In this document: positions 30,401 through 45,089 of the stretch, one piece after another
Layout of the letters: every line of letters begins with the position of its first letter
Numbering within the stretch: the first letter of the stretch is position 1
Source: Macrostomum hystrix
Taxonomy: Eukaryota; Animalia; Platyhelminthes
DNA: 64,000 bases
NCBI GenBank assembly: GCA_950097015.1
Contig: CATNEN010000007.1
Location: forward strand, 4,960,001-5,024,000
Reading direction: 5' to 3'
Notes under the pieces: generated by a model
What the model was told of the DNA's origin: nothing
Database searches by the model: none
What the model saw: only the letters and a program-made list of their open reading frames with translations
Position numbers and translations under genes: made by a program

Positions 30401-33400
30401 GTAACTATCAATGCTGAGCCTAGGTAACTATCAATGCTGAGCCTAGTTTTCTATCGATTCTGAACCATTGGAATCTATAGATTCTGAGCTTGGATATCAA
30501 TCGATGCTGAGCCTAGATGTCCATAAAAATTTTGAGCTTAGATATTTATCGATTCTGAGCCTAGTTTTCTATCCATTCTGGGCCTAGATAACTATCCATG
30601 CTGAGCTTTAATATCTATAGATTCTGAGCCTAGATAACTATCAATGCTGAGCCTAGGTAACTATCAATGCTGAGCCTAGATATCTATAAAAATATTGAGC
30701 CTAGATAACTATCACGCTGAGCCTTAATATCTATAAAAATGTTGAGCCTAGATATCTATCAATGCTGAGCCTAGATAACTATCAATGCTGAGCCTAGATA
30801 ACTATCAATGCTGAGCCTAGTTATCTATAAAAATGTTGATCCTAGATATTTATCGATTCTGAGCCTAGTTTTCTATCAATGCTGAGCCTAGTTAACTATC
30901 AATGCTGTGCCTAGATATCTATCAATGCTGAGCCTAGATAACTATCAATGCTGAGCCTAGAGAACTATCAATCCTAAGCCTAGATAACTATCAATGCTGA
31001 GCCTAGGTAACTATCAATGCTGAGCCTAGGTAACTATCAATGCTGAGCCTAGGTAACTATCAATGCTAAGCCTAGGTAACTATCAATGCTGAGCCTAGGT
31101 AACTATCAATGCTGAGCCTAGGTAACTATCAATGCTGAGCCTAGTTATCTATAAAAATGTTGAGCCTAGATAACTATCAATCCTAAGCCTAGATAACTAT
31201 CAATCCTAAGCCTAGATAACCATCAATGTTGAGCCTAGATAACTATCAATGCTGAGCCTAGATAACTATCAATGCTGTGCCTAGAGAACTATCAATCCTA
31301 AGCCTAGATAACTATCAATGCTGAGCCTAGATAGCTATCAATGCTGAGCCTAGGTAACTATCAATGCTGAGCCTAGGTAACTATCAATGCTAAGCCTAGG
31401 TAACTATCAATGCTGAGCCTAGGTAACTATCAATGCTGAGCCTAGATATCTATAAAAATGTTGAGCCTAGATAACTATCACGCTGAGCCTTAATATCTAT
31501 AAAAATGTTGAGCCTAGATATCTATCAATGCTGAGACTAGATAACTATCAATGCTGAGCCTAGATAACTATCAATGCTGAGCCTAGATAGCTATCAATGC
31601 TGAGCCTAGATAACTATCAATGCTGAGCCTAGATAACTATCAATGCTGAGCCTAGTTATCTATAAAAATGTTGAGCCTAGATAACTATCAATCCTAAGCC
31701 TAGATAACTATCAATCCTAAGCCTAGATAACTATCAATGTTGAGCCTAGATAACTATCAATGCTGAGCCTAGGTAACTATCAATGCTGGGCCTAGTTATC
31801 TATAAAAATGTTGAGCCTAGATAACTATCAATCCTAAGCCTAGATAACTATCAATCCTAAGCCTAGATAACTATCAATGCTGAGCCTAGTTTTCTATCGA
31901 TTCTGACCCTTGGAACCTATCAATTCTGAGCTTGGATATCTATCAATGCTAAGCCTAGATATCTATCAATGCTGAGCCTAGATATCTATCAATGTTGAGC
32001 CTAGATAACTATCAATGCTGAGCCTAGATAACTATCAATGTTGAGCCTAGATAACTATCAATGCTGAGCCTAGATATCTATCAATGTTGAGCCTAGATAA
32101 CTATCAATGCTGAGCCTAGATAACTATCTATGCTGAGCCTAGAAAACTATCAATGCTGAGCCTAGATAACTATCAATGCTGTGCCTAGATAACTATCAAT
32201 GCTGTGCCTAGTTATCTATAAAAATGTTGAGCCTAGATAACTATCAATGCTGAGCCTAGTTTTCTATCAATTCTGAGCTTGGATATCTATCAATGCTGAG
32301 CCTAGATAACTATAAAAATGTTGAGCCTAGATACTATCAATGCTGAGCCTAGTTATCTATAAAAATGTTGAGCCTAGATAACTATCAATGCTGAGCCTAG
32401 TTTTCTATCGATTCTGACCCTTGGAACCTATCAATTCTGAGCTTGGATATCTATCAATGCTGAGCCTAGATATCTATCAATGTTGAGCCTAGATAACTAT
32501 CAATGCTAAGCCTAGATAACTATCAATGCTCAGCCTAGGTAACTATCAATGCTGAGCCTAGGTAACTATCAATGCTAAGCCTAGGTAACTATCAATGCTG
32601 AGCCTAGGTAACTATCAATGCTGAGCCTAGTTTTCTATCGATTCTGACCCTTGGAACCTATCAATTCTGAGCTTGGATATCTATCAATGCTGAGCCTAGA
32701 TATCTATCAATGTTGAGCCTAGATAACTATCAATGCTGAGCCTAGGTAACTATCAATGCTGAGCCTAGGTAACTATCAATGCTGAGCCTAGGTAACTATC
32801 AATGCTGAGCCAAGTTATCTATAAAAATGTTGAGCCTAGATATCTATCAATGCTGAGCCTAGATATCTATCAATGTTGAGCCTAGATAACTATCAATGCT
32901 AAGCCTAGATAACTATCAATGCTCAGCCTAGGTAACTATCAATGCTGAGCCTAGGTAACTATCAATGCTAAGCCTAGGTAACTATCAATGCTGAGCCTAG
33001 TTTTCTATCGATTCTGACCCTTGGAACCTATCAATTCTGAGCTTGGATATCTATCAATGCTGAGCCTAGATATCTATCAATGTTGAGCCTAGATAACTAT
33101 CAATGCTGAGCCTAGTTATCTATAAAAATGTTGAGCCTAGATAACTATCAATGCTGAGCCTAGATAACTATCAATGCTGAGCCTAGATAACTATCAATGC
33201 TGTGCCTAGAGAACTATCAATCCTAAGCCTAGATAACTATCAATGCTGAGCCTAGATAGCTATCAATGCTGAGCCTAGGTAACTATCAATGCTGAGCCTA
33301 GGTAACTATCAATGCTAAGCCTAGGTAACTATCAATGCTGAGCCTAGGTAACTATCAATGCTGAGTCTAGGTAACTATCAATGCTAAGCCTAGATAACTA

Positions 33401-35936
33401 TCAATGCTCAGCCTAGGTAACTATCAATGCTGAGCCTAGGTAACTATCAATGCTGAGCCTAGGTAACTATCAATGCTGAGCCTAGGTAACTATCAATGCT
33501 GAGCCTAGGTAACTATCAATGCTAAGCCTAGGTAACTATCAATGCTGAGCCTAGGTAACTATCAATGCTGAGCCTAGGTAACTATCAATGCTGAGCCTAG
33601 TTATCTATAAAAATGTTGAGCCTAGATAACTATCAATCCTAAGACTAGATAACGATCAATCCTAAGCCTAGATAACTATCAATGTTGAGCCTAGATAACT
33701 ATCAATGCTGAGCCTAGGTAACTATCAATGCTGAGCCTAGTTATCTATAAAAATGTTGAGCCTAGATAACTAGCAATGCTGAGCCTAGTTTTCTATCGAT
33801 TCTGACCCTTGGAACCTATCAATTCTGAGCTTGGATATCTATCAATGCTGAGCCTAGATATCTATCAATGTTGAGCCTAGATAACTATCAATGCTGAGCC
33901 TAGATAACTATCAATGCTGAGCCTAGATAACTATCAATGCTGAGCCTAGATAACTATCAATGCTGAGCCTAGATAACTATCAATGCTGTGCCTAGATAAC
34001 TATCAATGCTGTGCCTATATAACTATCAATGCTGAGCCTAGATAACTATCAATGCTGAGCCAAGATAACTATCAATGCTGTGCCTAGATAACTATCAATG
34101 CTGAGCCTAGGTAACTATCAATGCTGAGCCTAGGTAACTATCAATGCTGAGCCTAGGTAACTATCAATGCTAAGCCTAGGTAACTATCAATGCTGAGCCT
34201 AGGTAACTATCAATGCTGAGCCTAGGTAACTATCAATGCTGAGCCTAGTTATCTATAAAAATGTTGAGCCTAGATAACTATCAATGCTGAGCCTAGTTTT
34301 CTATCGATTCTGACCCTTGGAACCTATCAATTCTGAGCTTGGATATCTATCAATGCTGAGCCTAGATATCTATCAATGTTGAGCCTAGATAACTATCAAT
34401 GCTGAGCCTAGTTATCTATAAAAATGTTGAGCCTAGATAACTATCAATGCTGAGCCTAGATAACTATCAATGCTGAGCCTAGATAACTATCAATGCTGTG
34501 CCTAGAGAACTATCAATCCTAAGCCTAGATAACTATCAATGCTGAGCCTAGATAGCTATCAATGCTGAGCCTAGGTAACTATCAATGCTGAGCCTAGGTA
34601 ACTATCAATGCTAAGCCTAGGTAACTATCAATGCTGAGCCTAGGTAACTATCAATGCTGAGCCTAGGTAACTATCAATGCTAAGCCTAGATAACTATCAA
34701 TGCTCAGCCTAGGTAACTATCAATGCTGAGCCTAGGTAACTATCAATGCTGAGCCTAGGTAACTATCAATGCTGAGCCTAGGTAACTATCAATCCTAAGC
34801 CTAGATAACTATCAATCCTAAGCCTAGATAACTATCAATGTTGAGCCTAGATAACTATCAATGCTGAGCCTAGGTAACTATCAATGCTGAGCCTAGTTAT
34901 CTATAAAAATGTTGAGCCTAGATAACTATCAATGCTGAGCCTAGTTTTCTATCGATTCTGACCCTTGGAACCTATCAATTCTGAGCTTGGATATCTATCA
35001 ATGCTGAGCCTAGATATCTATCAATGTTGAGCCTAGATAACTATCAATGCTGAGCCTAGATAACTATCAATGCTGAGCCTAGATAACTATCAATGCTGAG
35101 CCTAGATAACTATCAATGCTGAGCCTAGATAACTATCAATGCTGTGCCTAGATAACTATCAATGCTGTGCCTATATAACTATCAATGCTGAGCCTAGATA
35201 ACTATCAATGCTGAGCCTAGATAACTATCAATGCTGTGCCTAGATAACTATCAATGCTGAGCCTAGATAACTATCAATGCTGAGCCTAGATAACTATCAA
35301 TGCTGAGCCTAGATAACTATCAATGCTGAGCCTAGTTATCTACAAAAATGTTGTGCCTAGATAACTATCAATGCTGTGCCTAGTTTTCTATCGATTCTGA
35401 CCCTTGGAACCTATCAATTCTGAGCTTGGATATCTATCAATGCTGAGCCTAGATGTCTATAAAAATGTTGATCCTAGATATTTATCGATTCTGAGCCTAG
35501 TTTTCTATCGATTCTGAGCCTAGTTCACTATCAATGCTGAGCCTAGATAACTATCAATGCTGAGCCTAGATAACTATCAATGCTGAGCCTAGATAACAAT
35601 TGATGCTGTGCCTAGATATCTATAAAAATGTTGAGCATAGATAACTATCACGCTGAGCCTTAATATCTATAAAAATGTTGAGCCTAGATATCTATCAATG
35701 CTGAGCCTAGATAACTATCAATGCTGAGCCTAGTTAACTATCAATGCTGAGCCTAGTTCACTATCAATGCTGAGCCTAGATAACTATCAATGCTGAGCCT
35801 AGATAACTATCAATGCTGAGCCTAGATAACAATTGATGCTGTGCCTAGATATCTATAAAAATGTTGAGCATAGATAACTATCAATGCTGTGCCTAGATCT
35901 CTATAAAAATGTTGAGCCTAGATATCTATCAATGCT
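27468..35936 (+). repeat. 23-bp satellite (GCTGAGCCTAGATAACTATCAAT), ~8.5 kb
   Basis: Period 23; degenerate left edge; variant blocks recur at 2161-bp spacing. Confidence 0.97.
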
Positions 35937-36079
35937 TTTGCAAGTAAGTAAGCAAGTAAGCAAGTAAGTAAGCAAGTATAATCAAGAAATGTTACTTGCT
36001 GCCAAGAAAGGCCGATCACTTGAATCAATGCAGTTCTCAGCTGTTGCCTTTGGAGTATGCTATGATGTTCCCCATGTTG

Positions 36080-37015
36080 ATGATGATCCCCCAGTTAAAA
36101 ATGATCCCCCAGTTGACAATGATCCCCCAGTTGAGAATGATCCCCCAGTTGACAATGATCACCCAGTTAACAAAGATCCCCCAGTTCACAATAATCCCCC
36201 AGTTGATGAAGTCTCCCCATTTATGATGATCCCTAGTTAACAATGTTCCTCCAGTTGACAATGTTCCCCCAGTTGACAATGATCCCCCAGTTGATGATGA
36301 TCACCCAGTTGACAATGATCCCCCAGTTGACAATGATCCCCCAGTTGACAATGATCCCCCAGTTGACAATGATCCCGCCGGTTGACAATGATCCCACAGT
36401 TGACAATTAACCCCCAGTTGACAATGATCCCCCAGTTGATGATGATCCCCCAGTTGACAATGATCCCCCAGTTGAAAATGATCCCCCAGTTGACAATGAA
36501 CCCCCAGTTGACAACGATCCCCCAGTTGACAATAATCCCCAGTTGACAATGATCCCCCAGTTGACAATGATCCCACAGTATACAATGATCCCCCAGTTGA
36601 CATAGATCCCCCAGTTCACAATGATCCCCCAGTTGACAAAGATCCCCCAGTTCTCAATGATCCCCCAGTTGATGATGATCCCCAGTTGATGATGATTCCC
36701 CAGTTGACAATTATCCCCCAGTTGACCATTACCACCCAGTTGACAATGATCTCTCAGTTCACAATGATCCCCCAGTTGACAATGATCCCCCAGTTGACAA
36801 TGAACCCCCAGTTGACAATGAACCCCCAGTTGACAAAGATCCCCCAGTTGACAATTATCCCCCATTTGACAATGATCCCCCAGTTGACAATGATCCCCCA
36901 GTTGACAATGATCCCCCAGTTGACAATGATCCCCCAGTCGACAATTATCCCCCAGTTTACCATGATCCCCCAGTTCACCATGATCCCCATTTTGATGATA
37001 ACTCCCCAGTTGACG
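36080..37015 (+). repeat. 18-bp tandem repeat (GATCCCCCAGTTGACAAT)
   Basis: About 50 copies with point variants. Confidence 0.95.
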
Positions 37016-37039
37016 TTGATTTTTCAAACGCTGGGTTAG

Positions 37040-40000
37040 CCAAGATTCAAACTCAGGTTTCGCCATGTTTTAAACTCTGGTTGGCTATGATTCAAAGTCT
37101 GGTTTAGCCATGATTCAAACTCTGGTTTAGCCATGATTCAAACTCTGGTTTAGCCATGATTCAGACTCTGGTTTAGCCATGCTGATGATGATGGTTTAGC
37201 CATGATTCAAACTCTAGTTTAGCCATGCTGATGATGATGGTTTAGCCATGATTTAGTCTCTGGTTTAGCCATGATTCAAACTCTGGTTTAGCCATGATTC
37301 AGACTCTGGTTTAGCCATGATTCAGACGCTGGTTTAGCCATGATTCAGACGCTGGTTTAGCCATGATTCAAACTCTGGTTTAGCCATGGTTCAAACTCTG
37401 GTTTAGCCATGATTCAGACTCTAGTTTAGCCATGATTAAGACTCTGGTTTAGCCATGATTCAGACTCTAGTTTAGCCATGATTCAGACTCTAGTTTAGCC
37501 ATGATTCAGACTCTGGTTTAGCCATGATTCAGACTCTGGTTTAGCCATGATTAAGACTCTATTTTAGCCATGATTCAGACTATGGTTTAGCCATGATTCA
37601 AACTCTAGTTTAGCCATGCTGATGATGATGGTTTTGCCATGATTTAGTCTCTGGTTTAGCCATGATTCAAACTCTGGTTTAGCCATGATTCAGACGCTGG
37701 TTTAGCCATGATTCAAACTCTATTTTAGCCATGATTCAAACTCTGGTTTAGCCATGATTCAAACTCTGGTTTAGCCATGATTCAGACGCTGGTTTAGCCA
37801 TGATTCAGACTCTATTTTAGCCATGATTTAAACTCTGGTTTAGCCATGATTCAAACTCTAGTTTAGCCATGCTGATGATGATGGTTTAGCCATGATTTAG
37901 TTTCTGGTTTAGCCATGATTCAAACTCTGGTTTAGCCATGATTCAAACTCTGGTGTAGCCAATATTCAAACTCTGGTTTAGCCATGATTCAAACTCTGGT
38001 TTAGCCATGATTCAGACGCTGGTTTAGCCATGATTCAGACTCTGGTTTCGCCATGATTCAAACTCTGGTGTAGCCATTATTCAAACTCTGGTTTACCCAT
38101 GATTCAAACTCTAGTTTAGCCATGCTGATGATGATGGTTTAGCCATGATTCAAACTCTGGTGTAGCCAATATTCAAACTCTGGTTTAGCCATGATTCAGA
38201 CGCTGGTTTAGCCATGATTCAGACGCTGGTTTAGCCATGATTCAAACTCTATTTTAGCCATGATTCAAACTCTGGTTTAGCCATGATTCAAACTCTGGTT
38301 TAGCCATGATTCAGACGCTGGTTTAGCCATGATTCAGACTCTATTTTAGCCATGATTTAAACTCTGGTTTAGCCATGATTCAAACTCTAGTTTAGCCATG
38401 CTGATGATGATGGTTTAGCCATGATTTAGTTTCTGGTTTAGCCATGATTCAAACTCTGGTTTAGCCATGATTCAAACTCTGGTGTAGCCAATATTCAAAC
38501 TCTGGTTTAGCCATGATTCAAACTCTGGTTTAGCCATGATTCAGACGCTGGTTTAGCCATGATTCAGACTCTGGTTTAGCCATGATTCAAACTCTGGTGT
38601 AGCCATTATTCAAACTCTGGTTTACCCATGATTCAAACTCTAGTTTAGCCATGCTGATGATGATGGTTTAGCCATGATTCAAACTCTGGTGTAGCCAATA
38701 TTCAAACTCTGGTTTAGCCATGATTCAAACTCTGGTTTAGCCATGATTCAGACGCTGGTTTAGCCATGATTCAGACTCTGGTTTAGCCATGATTCAAACT
38801 CTGGTGTAGCCATTATTCAAACTCTGGTTTACCCATGATTCAAACTCTAGTTTAGCCATGCTGATGATGATGGTTTAGCCATGATTCAAACTCTAGTTTA
38901 GCCATGCTGATGATGATGGTTTAGCCATGATTCAAACTCTGGTTTAGCCATGATTCAGACGCTGGTTTAGCCATGATTCAAACTCTGGTGTAGCCATGAT
39001 TCAAACTCTGGTTTACCCATGATTCAAACTCTAGTTTAGCCATGCTGATGATGATGGTTTAGCCATGATTCAAACTCTAGTTTAGCCATGCTGATGATGA
39101 TGGTTTAGCCATGATTCAAACTCTGGTTTAGCCATGATTCAGACGCTGGTTTAGCCATGATTCAAACTCTGGTGTAGCCAATATTCAAACTCTGGTTTAG
39201 CCATGGTTCAAACTCTGGTTTAGCCATGATTCAGACGCTCGTTTAGCCATGATTCAGACGCTGGTTTAGCCATGATTGAAACTCTGGTTTAGCCATGATT
39301 CAAACTCTGGTTTAGCCATGACTCAAACTCTGGTTTAGCCATGATTCAAACTCTGGTTTAGCCATGATTCAAACTCTGGTTAAGCCATGATTCAAACTCT
39401 GCTTTAGCCATGATTCAGACTCTGGTTTAGCCATGCTGATGATGATGGTTTAGCCATGATTCAAACTCTAGTTTAGCCATGCTGATGATGATGGTTTAGC
39501 CATGATTCAAACTCTAGTTTAGCCATGCTGATGATGATGGTTTAGCCATGATTTAGTCTCTGGTATAGCCATGATTCAAACTCTGGTTTAGCCATGATTC
39601 AGACGCTGGTTTAGCCATGATTCAAACTCTGGTGTAGCCAATATTCAAACTCTGGTTTAGCCATGATTCAAACTCTGGTTTAGCCATGATTCAGACGCTG
39701 GTTTAGCCATGATTCAGACGCTGGTTTAGCCATGATTGAAACTCTAGTTTAGCCATGATTCAAACTCTGGTTTAGCCATGATTCAGACGCTGGTTTAGCC
39801 ATGATTCAGACGCTGGTTTAGCCATGATTCGAACTCTGGTTTAGCCATGATTCAAACTCTGGTTTAGCCATGATTCAGACGCTGGTTTAGCCATGATTCA
39901 GACGCTGGTTTAGCCATGATTCGAACTCTGGTTTAGCCATGATTCAAACTCTGGTTAAGCCATGATTCAGACTCTGGTTTAGCCATGATTCAAACTCTGG

Positions 40001-40460
40001 TTTAGCCATGATTCAAACTCTGGTTTAGCCATGATTCAAACTCTAGTTTAGCCATGATTCAAGATCTGGTTTAGCCATGATTCAAACTCTGGTTTAGCCA
40101 TGATTCAAACTCTGGTTTAGCCATGATTCAAACTCTGGTTAAGCCATGAATCAAACTCTGATTTAGCCATGACTCAAACTCTGGTTTAGCCATGATTCAG
40201 ACTCTGGTTTAGCCATGATTCAAACTCTGGTGTAGCCATGATTCAGACTCTGGTTTAGCCATGATTCAAACTCTGGTGTAGCCATGATTCAGACTCTGGT
40301 TTAGCCATGATTCAAACGCTGGTGTAGCCATGATTCAAACTCTGGTGTAGCCATGATTCAGACTCTGGTTTAGCCATGATTCAAACGCTGGTGTAGCCAT
40401 GATTCAGACTCTGGTTTTGCCATGATTTAGACTCTATTGTTGCAATGATTCAAACTCAGA
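37040..40460 (+). repeat. 23-bp satellite (GCCATGATTCAAACTCTGGTTTA), ~3.4 kb
   Basis: Period 23; variant monomer with GCTGATGATGAT; variant blocks recur at ~530 bp. Confidence 0.97.
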
Positions 40461-40879
40461 TTTGCTATGATTTATGATATTTTATTTACGAAATGAAAAA
40501 AATAAATCAAAATAATCTTCAATCACTACTGGCTGAAAATTAGTCTAAATGATTTGACGCAGTGCAGAATCGAACCCTAGCCTAGCCTATAACCTATTCC
40601 TAGTGCCTACACATCGGCTATTCCGACTGTTGGTTAGTGGGTGCAAAAATCAGCCTTATAAAATGAATTATCAAAGTTCTGGCTTTGTACAATGAAGTGA
40701 GAAAATAGAGTACACTCAGTCTCACGGTTGGTTGTGTACATTTATTTCCAATTTGTCTCCAGAGTGCAGGCTTCAAATTCAATCAGCTAGGGGTTGTTGC
40801 GCAATTTGACGATGCAATTCCAATTCAGTGGCAGTCAGTGAATGAAATTCTCAATAGGCCAAGATAGTTTGACCTTTGA

Positions 40880-41090
40880 AATGGTCAAAAAACATGTTTT
40901 TTCGAATATTTAATCCCCTTAGCAATAAAGTTAAGCTTAATAAAAATACGTGTACAATTGTCCCCATATTTAGCATCTTTTGGTGAAGAAATGGTGAAAA
41001 TCGGTTGAGCCGTTCGGAAGAAAATCAATTACAAGCAAGCAAGCAAGCAAGCAAGCATTTCATTTTTAGTATAGTGGATAACTATTATCA
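40880..41090 (+). mobile_element. Possible non-autonomous Helitron/Helentron-like 3' end
   Basis: ..GAAAATCGGTTGAGCCGTTCGGAAG..(CAAG)6..AGTATAGTGGATA, a layout I associate with HINE/DINE-type ends; no full boundary defined. Confidence 0.35.
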
Positions 41091-42879
41091 AAGGCATTTA
41101 GACCAGACCCTGGGCCAGAACCTAAAAATGATATAATACATCATACATGTTCATAATAAAAATAACTGTAGACTATCCAAAATAGTGGGGTAGTCAGGGC
41201 AGGAAAGTTATCAGTAATAAAGTACTAGTACTATAGTTCAATGCAGTCCTGTTGCGATCCGTTATGGTTCATTTTGGTGTTAGGCCTAACATGGACACCT
41301 AGAATACAGTACAAATAGGCCCTATCTTGGGATCTAACTCAAGGCCCCCCAAATATAGTACCATGGCATCAGTGAAACAAACAAGTTAAACAACAATACT
41401 ATTCAAAAAGTTTAAGTGAGCTTTACTGTCAGCAGGCCAAATCAATGCAGCAATGTTGGATAGATAAAAAAAATTTACATAACTTGTCATAAATAAAAAA
41501 TGTACACAAAAAAACAATTTCTAAATCAAATCTACGTGTCATTTCGTCTGCAGCAGAAAATTTGCTGTTTCTGTTAAAGTATTACTTTACAGTTTTCTTA
41601 TCAAAACAAGCCAGCATGTCTATTTCAGAATCAGCCGGTTCGAATATTCAAATCAAAGTATCTAAGAATAATTCTGTATAACGAAAGACAGACGAAAAAC
41701 TTCGCCTGTCTGTCTATTAAGGGTTGCCAAAAATGCGACATTTAAACTGAAATCACAGAATTTTGATAATCTATAGCTATAATTGGATATAAAATAGTTC
41801 TTTTTCTAGGAAATTCAACACTTCTTTATAATGTCAAACTTTCCCGATCAGAATGGTACGCATTAGTATATGCCAAAAAGTAGACGCTGCGGCTTTTGTT
41901 TCGATGTTTAACAATCGTAAACTTGATGCTGGATGTTTGCACGACAATTTACTTTAATCATTTAAGCAATGACACAAGGTCTGGCCGGTAGCGGTGTAGC
42001 AATTTTACAATTCAGTCTCAGCGGCAACAACTACAACACACGCCACACTGGATAAGGGAAGGCAGCATCATAGATTCAGAGAAATCATTTTAATTTAAAT
42101 AATGAGACGGCTCTAAAAATAAATAATAAAATTTTATTTTCTATTCTATGTCATATACTGTATCGTAACAATTTCCAAAGTTCGGAAAATCATCATATCA
42201 CATTTATTGGGTGGCTTTACTGTGTGATAAAAAGATGTTTTCTTATTGGTGTGCCCTGATTGGCTCCACGCGGCCTCTGCAACACCACATCGAGTATTTC
42301 CATTGTTGGTCTTTCCAATTCCAACTTAGGCTTATTGAAGGTTCCTGCAGTGCTATTGATCCTTCGTCTTTGACAAGAAGGATAGGCCTATATCATATTC
42401 TGTCTCACATTACATTAAAATTTACCTTTTACATTAAGGAAACATATTTCAGAAAACTTTTTATTTAAATTTAATAATTTCATTTATTTTTCTACAGGAT
42501 TGTAGGCTTTGTAAGTATTGAAGTAAATGCGTAATATGTCCATAAATTGTGCATTTAATTTATATTTATGCATGCAAACCAAAAATTTATTATATTTACT
42601 GCACAGAATCAAGCAGAGATCCAACTTGTCATCCAGATCTGATGATGCCCAGAAATATGTAATATGGTTCTTTTTACCAATGTCTTTTATTTTAATGTAT
42701 ATTCTTTGTATCTTAGATACGTTGGCATAGTTCTAGTTTACTTTGCGATATTATTTTGCCTTTCGCTAAATTATTTCACCCTGTTTTTGTCATTTTTCCA
42801 GTTCAGCTTAAGTGTCACAAGTCAGAAAAACAGTCAGTTGAAGTTGCCGAGTCACTAAAACAGGGCAATACACGGAAGC

Positions 42880-44125
42880 CTAGTAAAGCACGGCGCCAAA
42901 TGCATTGTTCGGGTACAGGTGACGCCAGATGTACTCTTCAAGATGACTCTTGAAGAGTGCATCGCTTGTACCGTGCATTGCATGCAGGCACCTCTTGGCA
43001 AGGGCCCAGGTGCCCTCAATGCGGTTTGTGTACCAGGGGTTGGCAAACTCTGGCCCGCAGGCCAGATGCGGCCCTCAAAACTCCAAAATCCGGCCCATTG
43101 CTCTTTCCAACACCTCCAGTATCCTGTTTTATCTTTCCCCTGTCTCATCTATCCGGTCTCTCATCTCTCCTGTGTCTCATCTCTACTCGGTCTCATCTTT
43201 CCTGTGTCTCATTTCTAGTGTGTCTTATCTATTCTGTCTCATCTCTCCCCTTATCTCATATTTCTACAGTCAATGCGGCCCGCTGTCATCTTTTAGGTTC
43301 TCTCTTTGGCCCGCTAGCTAGTAAGTTTGCCGACCCCTGGTGTACACCGTCGGATCATTTGGGTCAACAAAGTGCAGCTGGTGGTTCACTACGGCGTGGT
43401 TCTGTAGACCAGCGTAGGCCAACCAGCCGTCGGTGACCATATGTGTACCTGGCAGCATGTGGCGCTGGATCAACAGCATCAGAGTCTTAGCTGCACGGTT
43501 GGGCACCACTATCATCATGGCGGCATTCAACTCACGCTCCACCATGCCAAGGACCCAGTGGCCCTCGTGATAAGCAACCTGGTGGTATTTCCAGTGCATA
43601 AACTTGGACTCGTCGACCTCAACTGTGCAACCAGGTTCACCCAGCTCTATTGGGTGGTCAATGAGATACTACTGGCATATGTCACTGGTGCCATTGGTGC
43701 CAGTCGATGGCAGTCTGTCTCGCGATGTGGACCTGGTTGTGGGCTTCCTGCTGCAACATCCCCGCCACCCAGTAGTACATCAGCTCTAACACTTGGGCCA
43801 GTCACAGGTGTGAATTGGCGAAAAATTAGCCACATGAGATTGAGTGCTGCGCCCGACACTGCCGACAGTCCCAGGCATAGCCATTGACCTACATTGCCCC
43901 TTGGCGCCGCTGCAGGTGCATTTCCACATCGCATCATGCACATGTGGCTTGGTTGGCAATGAGGTGATGCTTCGCCATCCACCTCATGGTTGTTATTTCA
44001 TCGCGACTTGCCTTCACCATCTCCTGAATACCAAAATTTCTTTTGGTATAATTCAGCAAGTTGGCAGCATTGACCAGTTGATTAGGTGGGACAATAAATG
44101 TTGGGGCAGCTGGGCGGCCGGCCAT
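42880..44125 (-). mobile_element. Merlin (IS1595/ISXO2-like) transposase, degenerate
   Basis: VEVDESKF, WVLGMVER, GTHMVTDGWLAY, VNHQLHFVDP; after the MITE continues VYTNRIEGTWALAKR..SHLEEYIWR. Confidence 0.85.
43034..43339. mobile_element. hAT (Charlie/Buster-type) MITE inserted in Merlin
   Basis: TIRs CAGGGGTTGGCAAACT / AGTTTGCCGACCCCTG; palindromic target GTGTACAC; TC-rich interior. Confidence 0.85.
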
Positions 44126-45089
44126 TGTGCAGATTAAGCTGAAAGGGTTGTGGTTCGGGTACAGATGCAGAATATGCTATGTAAATGCAAAAAAACACAT
44201 AAAAATAATAGCGCAAATTAAACTAGAACTATGCCGATAAGTCTAGCTCATTAAAACAAAATAAGGCCCTAGGCTGTAGCCTGTATTGTTTGTTATAGTT
44301 GGTTGCACTTTATATTTTTTAGTTATAATCAAGTCCATGTGGGCAGTGGGCACATGTGAAATACTTATGAGTGAGTATAACAGAGCTAAGAGCTCTTGTA
44401 GCACATATGTACAACACTTGGCAAACTCAGTCAAACTAGCCACCTGAAACAAGGTCTTCAACATCAAGAAAGGTTAATGGCTAATACAAAACAACCCATT
44501 GTCCATTGAACCCAAAGCAAAAAATCTAAGAAATGTTTTACAGATTTCACTTAAAATTTAATATGGAATTACCACATAAGTCATTTACCCAACCCTAACT
44601 AAACTGCCCTACTTATACTAATTCAACACAAATTTATCCTGTCCATGCTGACCATTCCATATTAATGGAATTTATTCATCCCAGCATGATAGCAAATTTA
44701 TAAATTTTATAGTGTCAAAATAAAGTGTGAAAAGAAGATACATTAATTGTTACATTTTAAAGCATATTAAAATGCCAAAAACTACTAAAAATATAACCAA
44801 AAACATTTTTCATATACTTATATATATATAGACTTAGTGCTTTGTTGAGGTACATTAATTTATCAAAGACATGGAGGTTGTAGTTAGAAAATGGTTAGGC
44901 ATGGCTAAGACAGCTTTCATGCTAATGCATATAATAGTATATTGCTGTTAAATAAGCATACTTGAGCAGAACTTGGTACTGGCTTGCATAAGGCTTAAAT
45001 TGTTTTCACTTTTTATAGCAATCATTTTGCTGAAATGTTAGGTTTAAGTTTTATCTGTTAAAATCTTGCACTTGATTTTCAGCTCAAGC

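Noticed and set aside
35989-37066. Repetitive ORFs (MIPQLT, QLGDHC, IVNWGI)
   Set aside because: An 18-bp period keeps frames open automatically on both strands.
27468-40460. CRISPR array interpretation of the 23-bp and 18-bp repeats
   Set aside because: Monomers are directly adjacent with no unique spacers, no cas genes, and the context is eukaryotic.
27468-40460. Common ancestry of the two large 23-bp satellites
   Set aside because: Only AGCC..GAT aligns, which is too little to claim homology.
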